From assembly GCA_964649705.1 (NCBI GenBank), contig CAZYRM010000005.1, forward strand, positions 1,480 to 65,479: DNA of 64,000 nucleotides. Direction: 5' to 3'. The stretch comes from an uncultured Planctomycetia bacterium. Lineage in GTDB: Bacteria > Planctomycetota > MHYJ01 > WSZJ01 > CAZYRM01. Position numbers and translations under genes: made by a program. This document shows, piece after piece, positions 37,234-46,992 of this stretch. The notes under the pieces are model-generated. The model was not told where the DNA came from and did no database searches. It was given only the letters and a program-made list of their open reading frames with translations. Position 1 is the first letter of the stretch. Every line of letters starts with the position of its first letter.

Positions 37234-37328
37234 AGCCCCGCAAGCACCGCAGCCGGCTCCACATCAAGCAGCGCTCGAAGGCGAAGCGTCGGAAGAAGGC
37301 CGCCAAGCAGGCGCCGCCGAAGTCCTAG
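37230..37328 (+). CDS. Candidate 32-aa highly basic small protein (MKPRKHRSRLHIKQRSKAKRRKKAAKQAPPKS)
   Basis: ATGA overlap with the upstream stop. 15 of 32 residues are K/R. Not in the track because it is under 60 aa. Confidence 0.35.
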   Translation: MKPRKHRSRLHIKQRSKAKRRKKAAKQAPPKS

Positions 37329-37354
37329 CCGGGCCCGATCAGGGGCCCTCGACG

Positions 37355-37627
37355 CTACTTCGCCGGGGCGACCGTGTTGACGCGACGCGTGAGCCGCGAC
37401 TTGTACCGGCTCGCAGCGTTGGCGTGGATCACCTTCCCCCGGGCCGCCCTGTCGAGCAGCGAGCAGGCGACGAGGAGCTCCTTCTTCGCCTTCGCCGCGT
37501 CCTTGGCGGCGACCGCGGTGAGGACCTTCTTCATCTGCGTGCGGACCCGCGAGCGGACCGCCTTGTTCTCCATGTTCCGCCGCGCGCCCTGACGGATCTT
37601 CTTGCGCGCAGAGACCGAGTGCGCCAT
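37355..37627 (-). CDS. rpsT: 30S ribosomal protein S20
   Basis: MAHSVSARKKIRQGARRN...RNMENKAVRSRVRT is the canonical S20 sequence pattern. 90 aa. Confidence 0.9.
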   Translation of the reverse strand: MAHSVSARKKIRQGARRNMENKAVRSRVRTQMKKVLTAVAAKDAAKAKKELLVACSLLDRAARGKVIHANAASRYKSRLTRRVNTVAPAK

Positions 37628-37649
37628 GGGTCCGAGTCCTCCTGACCGA

Positions 37650-39002
37650 CTACTTCTTCAGTTCCTTCGCCATCTCCGCGCGCCTCGCGGAGACGTCCTT
37701 GTAGTTGATGTCCTCTTCCATGATCTTGTCGTACTCGGCGACCCCCTTCGCGGGTTCCCCCGCCTTGCCATAGGCGTCCGCGAGGAAGTACCGGACTTCC
37801 TTGGCCTGCTCGCTCGTGACGTTTCCGGCTTCGAGCGCCTTCGAGAACTGCGAGATCGCGACGACGTACATCTCCTTGTGGACGAAGCAGCGCCCGAGCC
37901 ACGTCATCGACTCGGTCTTCCGCTTCGGGTCCTTCACCGTCAACTGGAACTCGTTGATCGCCTTGTCGAACATCTTTCCGGTGAAGTAGTACGTCCCGAG
38001 GTGGAAACGGACCGCCATGTCCGTCGGGTGCTCCTTCACGCGGTTCTGGAAGTCGTCGATCTGGAACTTCAACTTCGCGATCTTCAGGTTGCGCACCTCG
38101 TCCTGGTTCCCCTCGGACAGCGCCTCCGCGATCGCCGTGTCGAACTTCTGGACCTTGATGTCGCCGATCTTCATCTTGATCTGGCCGTCCATCTTGTCCA
38201 GCTCCTGCGCCTCCTCGAGGACGGCGATCGCCTGGTCGAAGGCCTTGCTCCTCACGTAGATCTCGCCGATCTTCTTGAAGAACTTCACGTTCCCGACGTT
38301 GCCGGGGCTCGCGTCGATCTGCGCGCGCAGCTTGGCGACCTCCTGCTCCAGCTCGTCCTCTGTCTTGACGAGCTTCTGCGCCTGCGACAGCTCCTTCGCC
38401 TTGTCCTTGTCCTTGATGAGGTCCTGGGTGGACTTGGCGTCCTCGATCCCGGTCTCCTGGATCGTCTGTCGGGCCAGGATGTCCTTCAGGCGCCCGCCGA
38501 CCTCGCGGTCCTCGGGGGCGAGCTTCATCACGATCTGGAAGTAGTCCTGCGCCTTCTTGAAGTCCTTCTTGTCGGCGTACAGCTCCCCGAGGGCCTTGGC
38601 CGCGGCCACGGAGGATCCGTTTGCGCTGAAGACGATCTCGAACTCGGCGATGCTCCCCTCCATCGCCCCCTTGTCGCGGTAGGCCCGCGCCATGGCGAGA
38701 CGGATCGTCTCGTTGTGGGGGTTCTTGAGCAGGAAGTCCTGGCAGAGCTTGATCCGGGAGTCGGAGTCCTTCGTGACGCCGCACTGGGCCTGGATCTTCG
38801 CCTGCTGGATGGTGGCCCCCAGCTTCCCCTGGTACCCCTTGGCCTCGCACTCCCGGATGCACGAGACCCGCAGCATCTGATGCGATTTCACGTGGTTCGG
38901 GTCGAGCTTCAGGATGTCCACGAACATCGTGTTCGCGTAGTCGTACTTCCCAGCCTGGAACGCCTCGGAAGCCCGTGCAAACAGCTTTTCGATGTCGACC
39001 AT
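37650..39002 (-). CDS. TPR-repeat protein
   Basis: Start MVDIEKLFARASEAF with GGAGGA 9 nt upstream. TPR repeats throughout. The upstream 344 codons of the track ORF are antisense to def. Confidence 0.8.
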   Translation of the reverse strand: MVDIEKLFARASEAFQAGKYDYANTMFVDILKLDPNHVKSHQMLRVSCIRECEAKGYQGKLGATIQQAKIQAQCGVTKDSDSRIKLCQDFLLKNPHNETIRLAMARAYRDKGAMEGSIAEFEIVFSANGSSVAAAKALGELYADKKDFKKAQDYFQIVMKLAPEDREVGGRLKDILARQTIQETGIEDAKSTQDLIKDKDKAKELSQAQKLVKTEDELEQEVAKLRAQIDASPGNVGNVKFFKKIGEIYVRSKAFDQAIAVLEEAQELDKMDGQIKMKIGDIKVQKFDTAIAEALSEGNQDEVRNLKIAKLKFQIDDFQNRVKEHPTDMAVRFHLGTYYFTGKMFDKAINEFQLTVKDPKRKTESMTWLGRCFVHKEMYVVAISQFSKALEAGNVTSEQAKEVRYFLADAYGKAGEPAKGVAEYDKIMEEDINYKDVSARRAEMAKELKK

Positions 39003-39236
39003 CGAGCAGAATCCTCCGCGAGGAGCCCGTCGCGGCCCGGGTCGCGCCCCGGTGAGAGAGCGTAACCGCTTGATGGCGTGAGGGCTGCGCGAACGGAAAG
39101 GACCTGGCTGCCATCCACGCGACGGCAAAGGCCGGGCCGGTAGGACAAAATAGCGCCGCGGCGGACCGGAGTCAAGCGATCTCCGGCTCGCGACAAGGAG
39201 TTGCGACGGACGACGCGGTGCGTACAATCTCCCTGC

Positions 39237-39764
39237 ATGGATCTCGTCCTCTATCCCGACCCCGCCCTCAAGCGTCCGCCGGACCGCGTCGAGGCCTTCG
39301 ACGAGGCCCTCCGCGAGCAGGTCCGCGCCATGTTCGACCTCATGTACAAGTCGAAGGGCGTGGGGCTCGCCGGGCCCCAGGTCGCCTACTCCTTCCGCAT
39401 CGCCGTCATCAACACCACGTGGGAGCCGAAGGACGAGCTGATCCTCGTGAATCCCGAGATTACCTCGATGTCCGGGCAGGAGATCGACGAGGAGGGGTGC
39501 CTCTCCTTCCCGGGCCTCATGGGGAAGGTCGAACGGGCGAACGTCTGCTCGGTGCGCGCCTTCGGACTCGACGGCAAGCCGTTCGAGGTCACCGGCGAGG
39601 GCCTCCTCGCCCGCGCCCTCCAGCACGAGGTGGACCACCTCGACGGGATCCTCTTCGTCACCCGCCTCTCCCCCGCCGAGCGGCAGGCGATGAAGAAGGA
39701 CCTCAAGGAGCTGGAGACGAAGTGGAAGGAGAAGCAGAAGCCGCGGCGCTTCATCCGGAAATGA
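39237..39764 (+). CDS. def: Peptide deformylase
   Basis: GVGLAGPQV, EGCLS and HEVDHL, the three PDF motifs. Confidence 0.9.
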   Translation: MDLVLYPDPALKRPPDRVEAFDEALREQVRAMFDLMYKSKGVGLAGPQVAYSFRIAVINTTWEPKDELILVNPEITSMSGQEIDEEGCLSFPGLMGKVERANVCSVRAFGLDGKPFEVTGEGLLARALQHEVDHLDGILFVTRLSPAERQAMKKDLKELETKWKEKQKPRRFIRK

Positions 39765-39834
39765 CTTGACCCTCCGGGCCCCGGGGTGCCATCCTAGCGC
39801 AGTCAGGGGCTTCCGTCCCATCGAGGGGACCAAC

Positions 39835-40770
39835 ATGGCACGCCTTGCCCTCCCCGCGCTGCTAGCGCTGTCGGGCGCCCTCCTCGCCGACGTCGTCCAC
39901 CTCAACACCGGCGGACGGATCGAGGGGATCGTCGAGGACGCCGGCTCCTCGTACAAGGTGACCACGACCGCGGGCGTCACGCACATCCCCAAGGAGAAGG
40001 TCGCGGGGGTCGAGAAGGCCGATTGCATCCTCACCGTCTACGCGAAGGAGGCCGCGAAGGTCGCCGCGGACGACGTTGCGGGGCGCTGGCGCCTCTCCCA
40101 GCTCTGCATCGAGGGGAAGTGGACCGCCAAGGGGCGCGAGGAGGCGAAGAAGGTCGTCGAGTTGGACCCGAACCACGCCGAGGCCCGCAAGCTCCTGGGA
40201 TTCGTCCTGCACGAGGGCGTGTGGATGACTCCCCGAGAGCGGCACGAGGCGAAGGGACACGTCGAGTACAAGGGGAAGTGGTACTCCGCGGAGACGACCA
40301 GGCGGCTGCAGGCCCGCGACGAGCGCCGCGCCTTCCTGCGCCGCGCCGAGGACGCCCTCAACCTCGCGCTGTCTCACCTCGCCGAGGCGAACCGCGGGAC
40401 GCGGCTCCGCGGCCACAAGGAGTACGTCAAGGCGGGCCAGGACTTCGGAATCCAGGACGCCGAGGCGACCGCGAACAAGATGCTCGCGTACTACGACGAC
40501 GCCTGGGAGCGGTACGTCGCCTACGACAGCGCCATCGGGACGATCGAGGTCCGCGCGACGAACGCGGAGCTGCTCTCGCTCGACCCGATCAGCATCGACG
40601 TCACGGGCGGCAACGGCAGCGGACTCCTCGTGGCGATCGAGGTCCCGCGGATGCAGATCACGAGGGTCCGGACGACCGTGCAGGTCCCCCTCGCCCTCAA
40701 GGTCCACCTCGCCGACCCGCTCCTCGATCGCGGATTCGACGGCGGCGAGGAGATCCTCGGAGACGACTAG
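39835..40770 (+). CDS. Secreted hypothetical protein
   Basis: Signal peptide MARLALPALLALSGALLA. GAGGGGA upstream. Confidence 0.65.
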   Translation: MARLALPALLALSGALLADVVHLNTGGRIEGIVEDAGSSYKVTTTAGVTHIPKEKVAGVEKADCILTVYAKEAAKVAADDVAGRWRLSQLCIEGKWTAKGREEAKKVVELDPNHAEARKLLGFVLHEGVWMTPRERHEAKGHVEYKGKWYSAETTRRLQARDERRAFLRRAEDALNLALSHLAEANRGTRLRGHKEYVKAGQDFGIQDAEATANKMLAYYDDAWERYVAYDSAIGTIEVRATNAELLSLDPISIDVTGGNGSGLLVAIEVPRMQITRVRTTVQVPLALKVHLADPLLDRGFDGGEEILGDD

Positions 40771-41036
40771 CAACACCGGATGACCAGTGATCCAGGCATG
40801 CTTCAGGCGTGGGCAACACTCCCGGCACCATCCAGGTCAGGAGCGCGTCTCGCCAACAAGGCCCAAGACCCAATGACCAACTCTCACGCAAGGCCCAATG
40901 TGAAAGGCTGAAGGACTGCCGAGTTCGAGTCTTGCGACTTGGCGCTTCCTTGAGAGGTGGTCATTGAGCCTTGAGCCTTGTGAAGCGGGCCGCATCACTC
41001 GTCTCGGTCGCGTCGTGCTACCCATGACGAGGGAGA

Positions 41037-44000
41037 TTGAACCACGCCGTGATCCACTTCGGCTGCCCGGCCTGCGGTAAGCCGTGCCGCGTCCCGGACG
41101 AGGCGGCCGGACGCACGGGGAAGTGCCCCTCGTGCGGGAGGCTCATCCAGGTCCCCCTCCCCGCCGCCCCGATCGTCCCGCCTCCCCCCGCGGCCAGGCC
41201 CGTCCCCGCCGCGGCTCCGCCCGTCGATGAGGCCCTCCTCGCCAAGGTCCGCGCGGCCTCTCGCACGTGGAAGGACCGCCTCGCCGACCGGACGCGGCGC
41301 AACCGCCTGCTCTACTTCCGCCCCACCCTCCGCACGACTCTCAAGGTCCTTCCGCCGATCGACGACCTCTTCGATCGCCTCCTCGACGGCGCGCGCGTCC
41401 CGCTGGAACAGCTCCCCACGGAGCCCGCCGACGACCAGGCCCTCCTCGCGATGAAGACCCTCCGCGCGCGGTCGCGCGAGTTCGAGGAGGAGCGCGGCGT
41501 GAACCCCCTCTTCGCCGTGTTCGGCTTCCTGGAGTGGACCACGTCGCTCCACCCCGACGTGCCGTGCAGCACGCCGATCATCCTCGTCCCCGTGCGGATC
41601 GGTACGGGAGGCAGACGGAAGTTCGTGCTCGAGGGGACCGACGACCCGTTCCGCCTGAACCCCCTCCTCGAGCAGCAGCTCCGTGAGGACGTCGGCGTCT
41701 CGATCGATCTGCCCGACCTCGAGGAGGAGACCGAGATCGAGGCCGAGCCCGACCCGTCCGCCCCGACCGCGACACCGCCCGCCCCTCCCCCGTCGAACCT
41801 CGCGCGCCTCCTCGAGGCGGTCGAGGCGAAGCTCCCGAAGGACCGAGGCTGGTCGATCCGGAGAGAGGCCTGCCTCGGGCTCCTCGCCTACCAGAAGATG
41901 GTCATCGTGAGGGACGTCGAGGCGCACGAGCGCGAGATCGCCGCGAACCCGATCCTCGCGGGGCTCGTCGGGGACCTGCGGGCCTTCCGCACGAGCCAGG
42001 AGGCCATCCCCGCCGTCCGCCCGGAGGAGATCGACGCCGTCCCGCCGGACCGGGTCTACCAGGTCCTCGACGCCGACTCCAGCCAGCAGCAGTGCGTGGA
42101 GATGGCGAAGCGCGGGGCGAGCTTCGTCATCCAGGGGCCGCCGGGGACGGGGAAGAGCCAGACGATCGCGAACGTCATCGCGGAGGCGGTCGGAGCGGGG
42201 AAGAAGGTGCTCTTCGTCAGCGAGAAGCGCGCCGCGCTCGAGGTCGTCTTCAACCGCCTGAAGGGCCGCGGGCTCGAGCACCTCTGTCTCGACCTCCACG
42301 CCGCGCGCGCCGACCGCCAGCAGGTCTACGCGCGCTTCCGCGAGACGCTCGACGAGGTCCGCACGGCCCGCCCGGTCGACGGGAAGGAGACCTTCCGGCG
42401 GCTGGAGGAGGAGCGCCGCGCGCTGAACGGGTACGCCGCGGCCCTGGCGAAGAAGCGCCCCCCTCTCGGATCGAGCCTGTACGAGACGTACGGCCGCGTC
42501 CTGGCGAACGCCGGCCTGCCCGACCTCAGGTTCCGCGTCGCCGACGTCGGGACGTGGACGCCCGAGCGGATCGAGAAGGGCGAGCGCCTCCTGGAGTCGC
42601 TCCGCGTCCTGAGGGAGCGCCTCGACGCCGCGAGGGACTCACTGTTCCTCCGGACGCCGTGGGCCCAGGACCGCGCGCCCGAGCGGGCGCGAGAGACGAT
42701 CGGCGCGATGCGGGACGCGATCGAGGACGCCCTCGCCTCCGACGCCCGCGCGCGCCTCGGCCTGCCCGCGGACGAGACCCGCGCGGGCTTCGACGCGCTC
42801 GTCCTCCTCCTCACCCACCTGTGCCAGGGAGGAACGGACCTGCCCTCCGAGTGGATGAGCGAGCTGCCTTCCAAGCTGCGCTCGGAATTCGAGTCGTTCG
42901 GCGCGCGGGTCCAGACGTACCGCGTCGACGAGCGGAGGCTGTTCGATCGGTTCAAGCCCTCGGTGCTCGACCTGGACCTCGATACGATCGTCCCGCGCTT
43001 CCAGGCGTGGGCCGCGGCGTGGTGGAGGCCCGTCCTGCCGCTCTCGAAGGCGTATCGGAGCGCGCGGGAGGGCGTGCTGGCCCACGCGCAGAAGGACCGG
43101 TCGCCCGGGCTCGTGGAGCTCGCGACGGACCTCGCCCTGGCGAAGCGCGTGCGCGACGGGAGGCGCGCCCTGGCGGGGAAGTCGGCCGCGGGGAGTTTCG
43201 CGCAGTGGTACGCGGACCCGTGGTCCCCTCTCGAGCCGATGTCGAGCGCCGTCGAGTGGTACGCCCTCGTCGTGCAGGCCCTCGATCCGGCCGGCGCCGT
43301 GCACAAGCCTCCCGCGGTCCGGGACCTCCTCACGGGCCGGGCCCAGCGCGATGCCTGGAAGGGGCCCGCGGAGGCGCTGCGCGACGCGCGCACGCGCATC
43401 TGCGCCGGCGATAACCTCCTGCTGTCGATCCTGCCGGCGGGCGCGCTGGCCAGCGCGCCCGGACTCCGGGACGAGGCGGCGGTCGCCGCACGCGCGGAGG
43501 GCGAGCTGCCGGTCCTCGCCGACGTCCTGGAGGAGCGCGCCGTCGCGCGGGAGCTCTCCACGCTCGGTCTCCGCGACCTCGCCGCGGAGGTGGTGCGCCG
43601 CGCGGTCCCCGGCGCGCAGTGGACCGCGTGCCTGCGCCAGGGCGTCGATCGCACGCTTGTCGAGGGGGCGCTGGCGAACGAGCCGGAGCTCCGCGGCTTC
43701 GACCCGCACCTGCACCTGAAGCGGATCGAGGCCTTCCAGAAGGAGGACGTCGAGCAGCTCGACCTCGCCGTCCTTCGCGTGAGACGGGAGCACGCCGAGC
43801 GGGCCACGAAGGTCATGAACGCCTTCCCCGAGGAGGAGCGGACGCTCAAGGCGCAGATCCACCGCAAGCGCGGAGGGCTCCACGTCCGCCAGCTCCTCGC
43901 GGCCGCGCCAAACGTCCTGCTCTCGCTCCGTCCCTGCTGGATGATGTCGCCGCTCTCGGTGACGCAGTTCGTCGACCTGGAGGCCGTGCGGTTCGACTGC

Positions 44001-45623
44001 ATCGTCTTCGACGAGGCCTCCCAACTCCTCCCCGAGGACGTCGTCCCCGCGCTCCTCAGGGCGGACCAGGCGATCGTCGCGGGTGACAGCCGCCAGCTCC
44101 CCCCGACGCCGTTCTTCCGCCACGTCGGCGAGGAGGAGGACGACACGGACGAGCCGACCCCGGTCGCCGGGTACGAGAGCATCCTCGAGCAGGTCTCGAC
44201 GTTCCTCCCCTCGTGCTGGCTGTCGTGGCACTACCGGTCCCGCGACGAGAGCCTGATCGCCTTCTCGAACCACCACATCTACGAGAAGCGGCTCCTCACC
44301 TTCCCCGACCCGCGGCTGGAGGAGGAGTACGGGATCCAGCACGTCCTCCTGACCGACGCCGTGTACGCCTCGGGGAGCCGCCGTGGGAACCCGCGGGAGG
44401 TCGAGGAGGTGGTCGCGCGGATGCTCGACCACGCGCGAAGGCGGCCCGACGAGTCGCTCGGCGTGATCGCGCTCGGCATCCAGCACCAGCAGGCGATCCA
44501 GGAGCGTCTGGAGGCGGCCCTCGAGCGCGAGGAGAACGCCGACGTCGTGCCGTACTTTGCCGAGGAGGCGAGCGAGCCGGTCTTCGTCAAGAACCTCGAG
44601 TCGGTCCAGGGGGACGAGCGGGACGCGATCGTGCTCTCGGTGGGCTACGGCCCCGACGCGGAGGGGAAGGTCGCGCTCCACTTCGGCCCGCTGAACATGG
44701 AGGGCGGGGAGCGGCGCTTGAACGTCGCCATCACGCGCGGGCGGAAGCGGATGACGCTGGTGACGTCGTTCCCGCCGACAGCCCTAGCGGCCGAGCGTTC
44801 GAGCTCCGCGGGGCTCCGTCTGCTGAGGGAGTACATCGAGTACGCCGCCTCGCGCGGGCGCGTGCTGGGCGGGGCGGCGATGTCGTCGGCGAATCCCCCT
44901 GAGCGCTCGGTCGAGATGGACGTCTACGAGGAGCTGGTCCGCGCCGGGCACGCACCGGTGTGCCGGATGGGGGCGAGCGCGTACCGGATCGACCTGGCGG
45001 TCCCCTACCCCACGAACCCGGGGCTCTACGCGATCGGCGTGGAGTGCGACGGCCCGTCGTACCACGGCAGCCCGACGGCGCGGGACCGCGACCGCCTGCG
45101 CCAGGAGGTCCTGGAGCAGCTCGGCTGGCGCCTCCACCGCGTCTGGTCGACCTCGTGGGTCCGAGACAAGGCGCGAGAGCGCGATCGGCTCCTCGGCGCG
45201 GTGCAGGCCGCGATCGCGGCCCCTCCGCTGGAGGCTTCCACGCCCCCGCCCGCCCCGGCTGCCCCGCCCGCCACCGCCGCCACGACCGCCGCGACCGCCG
45301 CGCCGGGTGCGACGAAGGAGGCTGCCGGGAGCCCCTTGCCCGCCGAAGCGGGCTCGACGACGGCCGCGAAGCCGGGCCAGTCGCCCGCCTTGGGAGGCAC
45401 GCGGATCTTCGGGGAGAAGGGGCCGCCGCTCAAGGGCCGCACGATCGACGACTACTCGATTGCGGACCTCGTCCAGATCGTCCGCTGGGTCGGCCGCGAC
45501 GGGCATCTTCGCACCGACGCGGAGGTCGAAGAGCTGGTCTTCCAGCACCTCCAATTCAAGCGCCGCGGCCCGCGCATCCTCGCGCAGATCCGCCGCGCCG
45601 TCGAGTGGTCGAAGTCGCGGTGA
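41037..45623 (+). CDS. DUF4011 / SF1 (Upf1-like AAA_11/AAA_12) helicase / DUF559 endonuclease-like / DUF3320 multidomain protein with N-terminal zinc ribbon
   Basis: CPACGK..CPSCGR ribbon. Walker A GPPGTGKSQT, IVFDEASQ, motif VI NVAITRGRKR. C-terminal Vsr-like YRIDLAV...IGVECDG block. TTG start per the track; a GTG at 41049 is an alternative. Confidence 0.85.
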   Translation: MNHAVIHFGCPACGKPCRVPDEAAGRTGKCPSCGRLIQVPLPAAPIVPPPPAARPVPAAAPPVDEALLAKVRAASRTWKDRLADRTRRNRLLYFRPTLRTTLKVLPPIDDLFDRLLDGARVPLEQLPTEPADDQALLAMKTLRARSREFEEERGVNPLFAVFGFLEWTTSLHPDVPCSTPIILVPVRIGTGGRRKFVLEGTDDPFRLNPLLEQQLREDVGVSIDLPDLEEETEIEAEPDPSAPTATPPAPPPSNLARLLEAVEAKLPKDRGWSIRREACLGLLAYQKMVIVRDVEAHEREIAANPILAGLVGDLRAFRTSQEAIPAVRPEEIDAVPPDRVYQVLDADSSQQQCVEMAKRGASFVIQGPPGTGKSQTIANVIAEAVGAGKKVLFVSEKRAALEVVFNRLKGRGLEHLCLDLHAARADRQQVYARFRETLDEVRTARPVDGKETFRRLEEERRALNGYAAALAKKRPPLGSSLYETYGRVLANAGLPDLRFRVADVGTWTPERIEKGERLLESLRVLRERLDAARDSLFLRTPWAQDRAPERARETIGAMRDAIEDALASDARARLGLPADETRAGFDALVLLLTHLCQGGTDLPSEWMSELPSKLRSEFESFGARVQTYRVDERRLFDRFKPSVLDLDLDTIVPRFQAWAAAWWRPVLPLSKAYRSAREGVLAHAQKDRSPGLVELATDLALAKRVRDGRRALAGKSAAGSFAQWYADPWSPLEPMSSAVEWYALVVQALDPAGAVHKPPAVRDLLTGRAQRDAWKGPAEALRDARTRICAGDNLLLSILPAGALASAPGLRDEAAVAARAEGELPVLADVLEERAVARELSTLGLRDLAAEVVRRAVPGAQWTACLRQGVDRTLVEGALANEPELRGFDPHLHLKRIEAFQKEDVEQLDLAVLRVRREHAERATKVMNAFPEEERTLKAQIHRKRGGLHVRQLLAAAPNVLLSLRPCWMMSPLSVTQFVDLEAVRFDCIVFDEASQLLPEDVVPALLRADQAIVAGDSRQLPPTPFFRHVGEEEDDTDEPTPVAGYESILEQVSTFLPSCWLSWHYRSRDESLIAFSNHHIYEKRLLTFPDPRLEEEYGIQHVLLTDAVYASGSRRGNPREVEEVVARMLDHARRRPDESLGVIALGIQHQQAIQERLEAALEREENADVVPYFAEEASEPVFVKNLESVQGDERDAIVLSVGYGPDAEGKVALHFGPLNMEGGERRLNVAITRGRKRMTLVTSFPPTALAAERSSSAGLRLLREYIEYAASRGRVLGGAAMSSANPPERSVEMDVYEELVRAGHAPVCRMGASAYRIDLAVPYPTNPGLYAIGVECDGPSYHGSPTARDRDRLRQEVLEQLGWRLHRVWSTSWVRDKARERDRLLGAVQAAIAAPPLEASTPPPAPAAPPATAATTAATAAPGATKEAAGSPLPAEAGSTTAAKPGQSPALGGTRIFGEKGPPLKGRTIDDYSIADLVQIVRWVGRDGHLRTDAEVEELVFQHLQFKRRGPRILAQIRRAVEWSKSR
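45560..45623 (+). repeat. Left copy of a perfect 64-bp direct repeat (3' end of the helicase gene, including its stop)
   Basis: gcgccgcggcccgcgcatcctcgcgcagatccgccgcgccgtcgagtggtcgaagtcgcggtga is identical at 59443..59506. Confidence 0.85.
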
Positions 45624-45981
45624 CGAGGCGGTCGCGACCTGTCGGTTCGCACTGCTTGCCTGCGGTCGCCCTTCGCACCGTCCGTGACCCGCCTCAACCC
45701 CCGGCCCCGCGCGGGATCACGGTCTTCCAGGCCCTCGATCCACACATCGACCAGGACTTGTTGAGCCCAGATGAACCTGCTACGATCTTGCTGTACAGGT
45801 TCGCTGCCAGTCTTGCACGCAGGCGCGGGTGACCCTCCAGAGCCCCCAATTCCCAGTGGCGTCGCGCTCTGTGTCGGGACTCGGTCCCAGGGGACGGTGC
45901 GTTTGCTCGGAAGGGTTGCTGACCTGATTCCCGGCGGATGAGGCCACGCTTCATGCTGGCGCTGGCCGAGGCGGCACGCAA

Positions 45982-46989
45982 ATGACGGCCGACACGCTCA
46001 AACGTATTGTTCGCGCAATCGCGAGCGGCTCACAGCTCGACCTTGTCCGCCTTGCGCGGCAACTCGTTGAGCGTGAGCGCCGAATGGGTCACGCCAGGCT
46101 CGCATCGGAACTCGACAGCCTCCTAGTTCGAGTTCCGCGTGAAGGAAACCGTGGGACCCCGTCAATCGACTCAGCATTCGGGCTCAAGGAACTTCCCCTG
46201 AGCCGCCGCTACGGTGAACTCCTCGCCACGATCCTCCCGCGCGAGACGCTTGAACACCACATGGTACTCCCCGCCGAGACCGAGACCCGGTTCGCACGCA
46301 TCGAGTGCGAGTACGCGGCCCGCGAGCGACTCGGGGTCTACGGCCTCCGCCCGCGGAAGACGATCCTCCTGTACGGTCCGCCTGGTTGCGGGAAGTCCCT
46401 TGGGGCGAAACGGCTCGCGTGGAACACAGGTCTGCCGCTGATCAAGGTTCAGTTCGACACTTTGATCTCCTCCTACTTCGGCGAGTCAGCGGCCAACTTG
46501 CGTGCAGTATTCAGCAGCGCAAAGGCGCGCCCCTGCGTTCTGCTGCTGGATGAATGCGACTTCATCGCACGCTCGCGAACCAACACGAAGGACATCGGGG
46601 AGGTGTCACGTATCGTCAATGCTCTCCTCCAGTTCATGGAGGAATATGATGCACCGGGCCTGCTGGTCGCTACGACCAATGTAGAGTCGTCTCTGGACCC
46701 GGCCCTGTTCCGCCGATTTGACGATGTATTCCTGATCCCGCCACCGGGCCCTGCAGAAGTCGAGAAGCTCCTCCGCATGACCCTGTCCGCGGTTGAACTC
46801 GCGCACACGCTGGAGTGGCCGCCGATTGTGGGACAGTTATCCGGCGCGTCGGCAGCGATGGTCGTGAAGGTGGCACAGGACGCGGCCAAGGCGGCCGTTC
46901 TGACTGGCGGCAAGCTCGTCACAGAATCGCACGTTCAGCAGGCGATTGCGGAACTTCGGAGGGGAGAAAACCCCGCGAAGGGGGATTGA
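45982..46989 (+). CDS. AAA+ ATPase (classic AAA family)
   Basis: Walker A LLYGPPGCGKS, Walker B VLLLDECD, and sensor/arginine-finger regions. Confidence 0.8.
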   Translation: MTADTLKRIVRAIASGSQLDLVRLARQLVERERRMGHARLASELDSLLVRVPREGNRGTPSIDSAFGLKELPLSRRYGELLATILPRETLEHHMVLPAETETRFARIECEYAARERLGVYGLRPRKTILLYGPPGCGKSLGAKRLAWNTGLPLIKVQFDTLISSYFGESAANLRAVFSSAKARPCVLLLDECDFIARSRTNTKDIGEVSRIVNALLQFMEEYDAPGLLVATTNVESSLDPALFRRFDDVFLIPPPGPAEVEKLLRMTLSAVELAHTLEWPPIVGQLSGASAAMVVKVAQDAAKAAVLTGGKLVTESHVQQAIAELRRGENPAKGD

Positions 46990-46992
46990 GGA

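Noticed and set aside
39003-40034. Upstream extension of track ORF 37650..40034
   Set aside because: Antisense to def and the following secreted-protein gene; the real TPR gene starts at ATG 39002 with a GGAGGA SD.
40846-40945. tRNA-like segment with a canonical GTTCGAGTC T-loop and a 6/7 acceptor pairing
   Set aside because: No acceptable D-arm or 7-nt anticodon loop can be drawn and there is no CCA or discriminator context; at best a degenerate tRNA remnant, not called.
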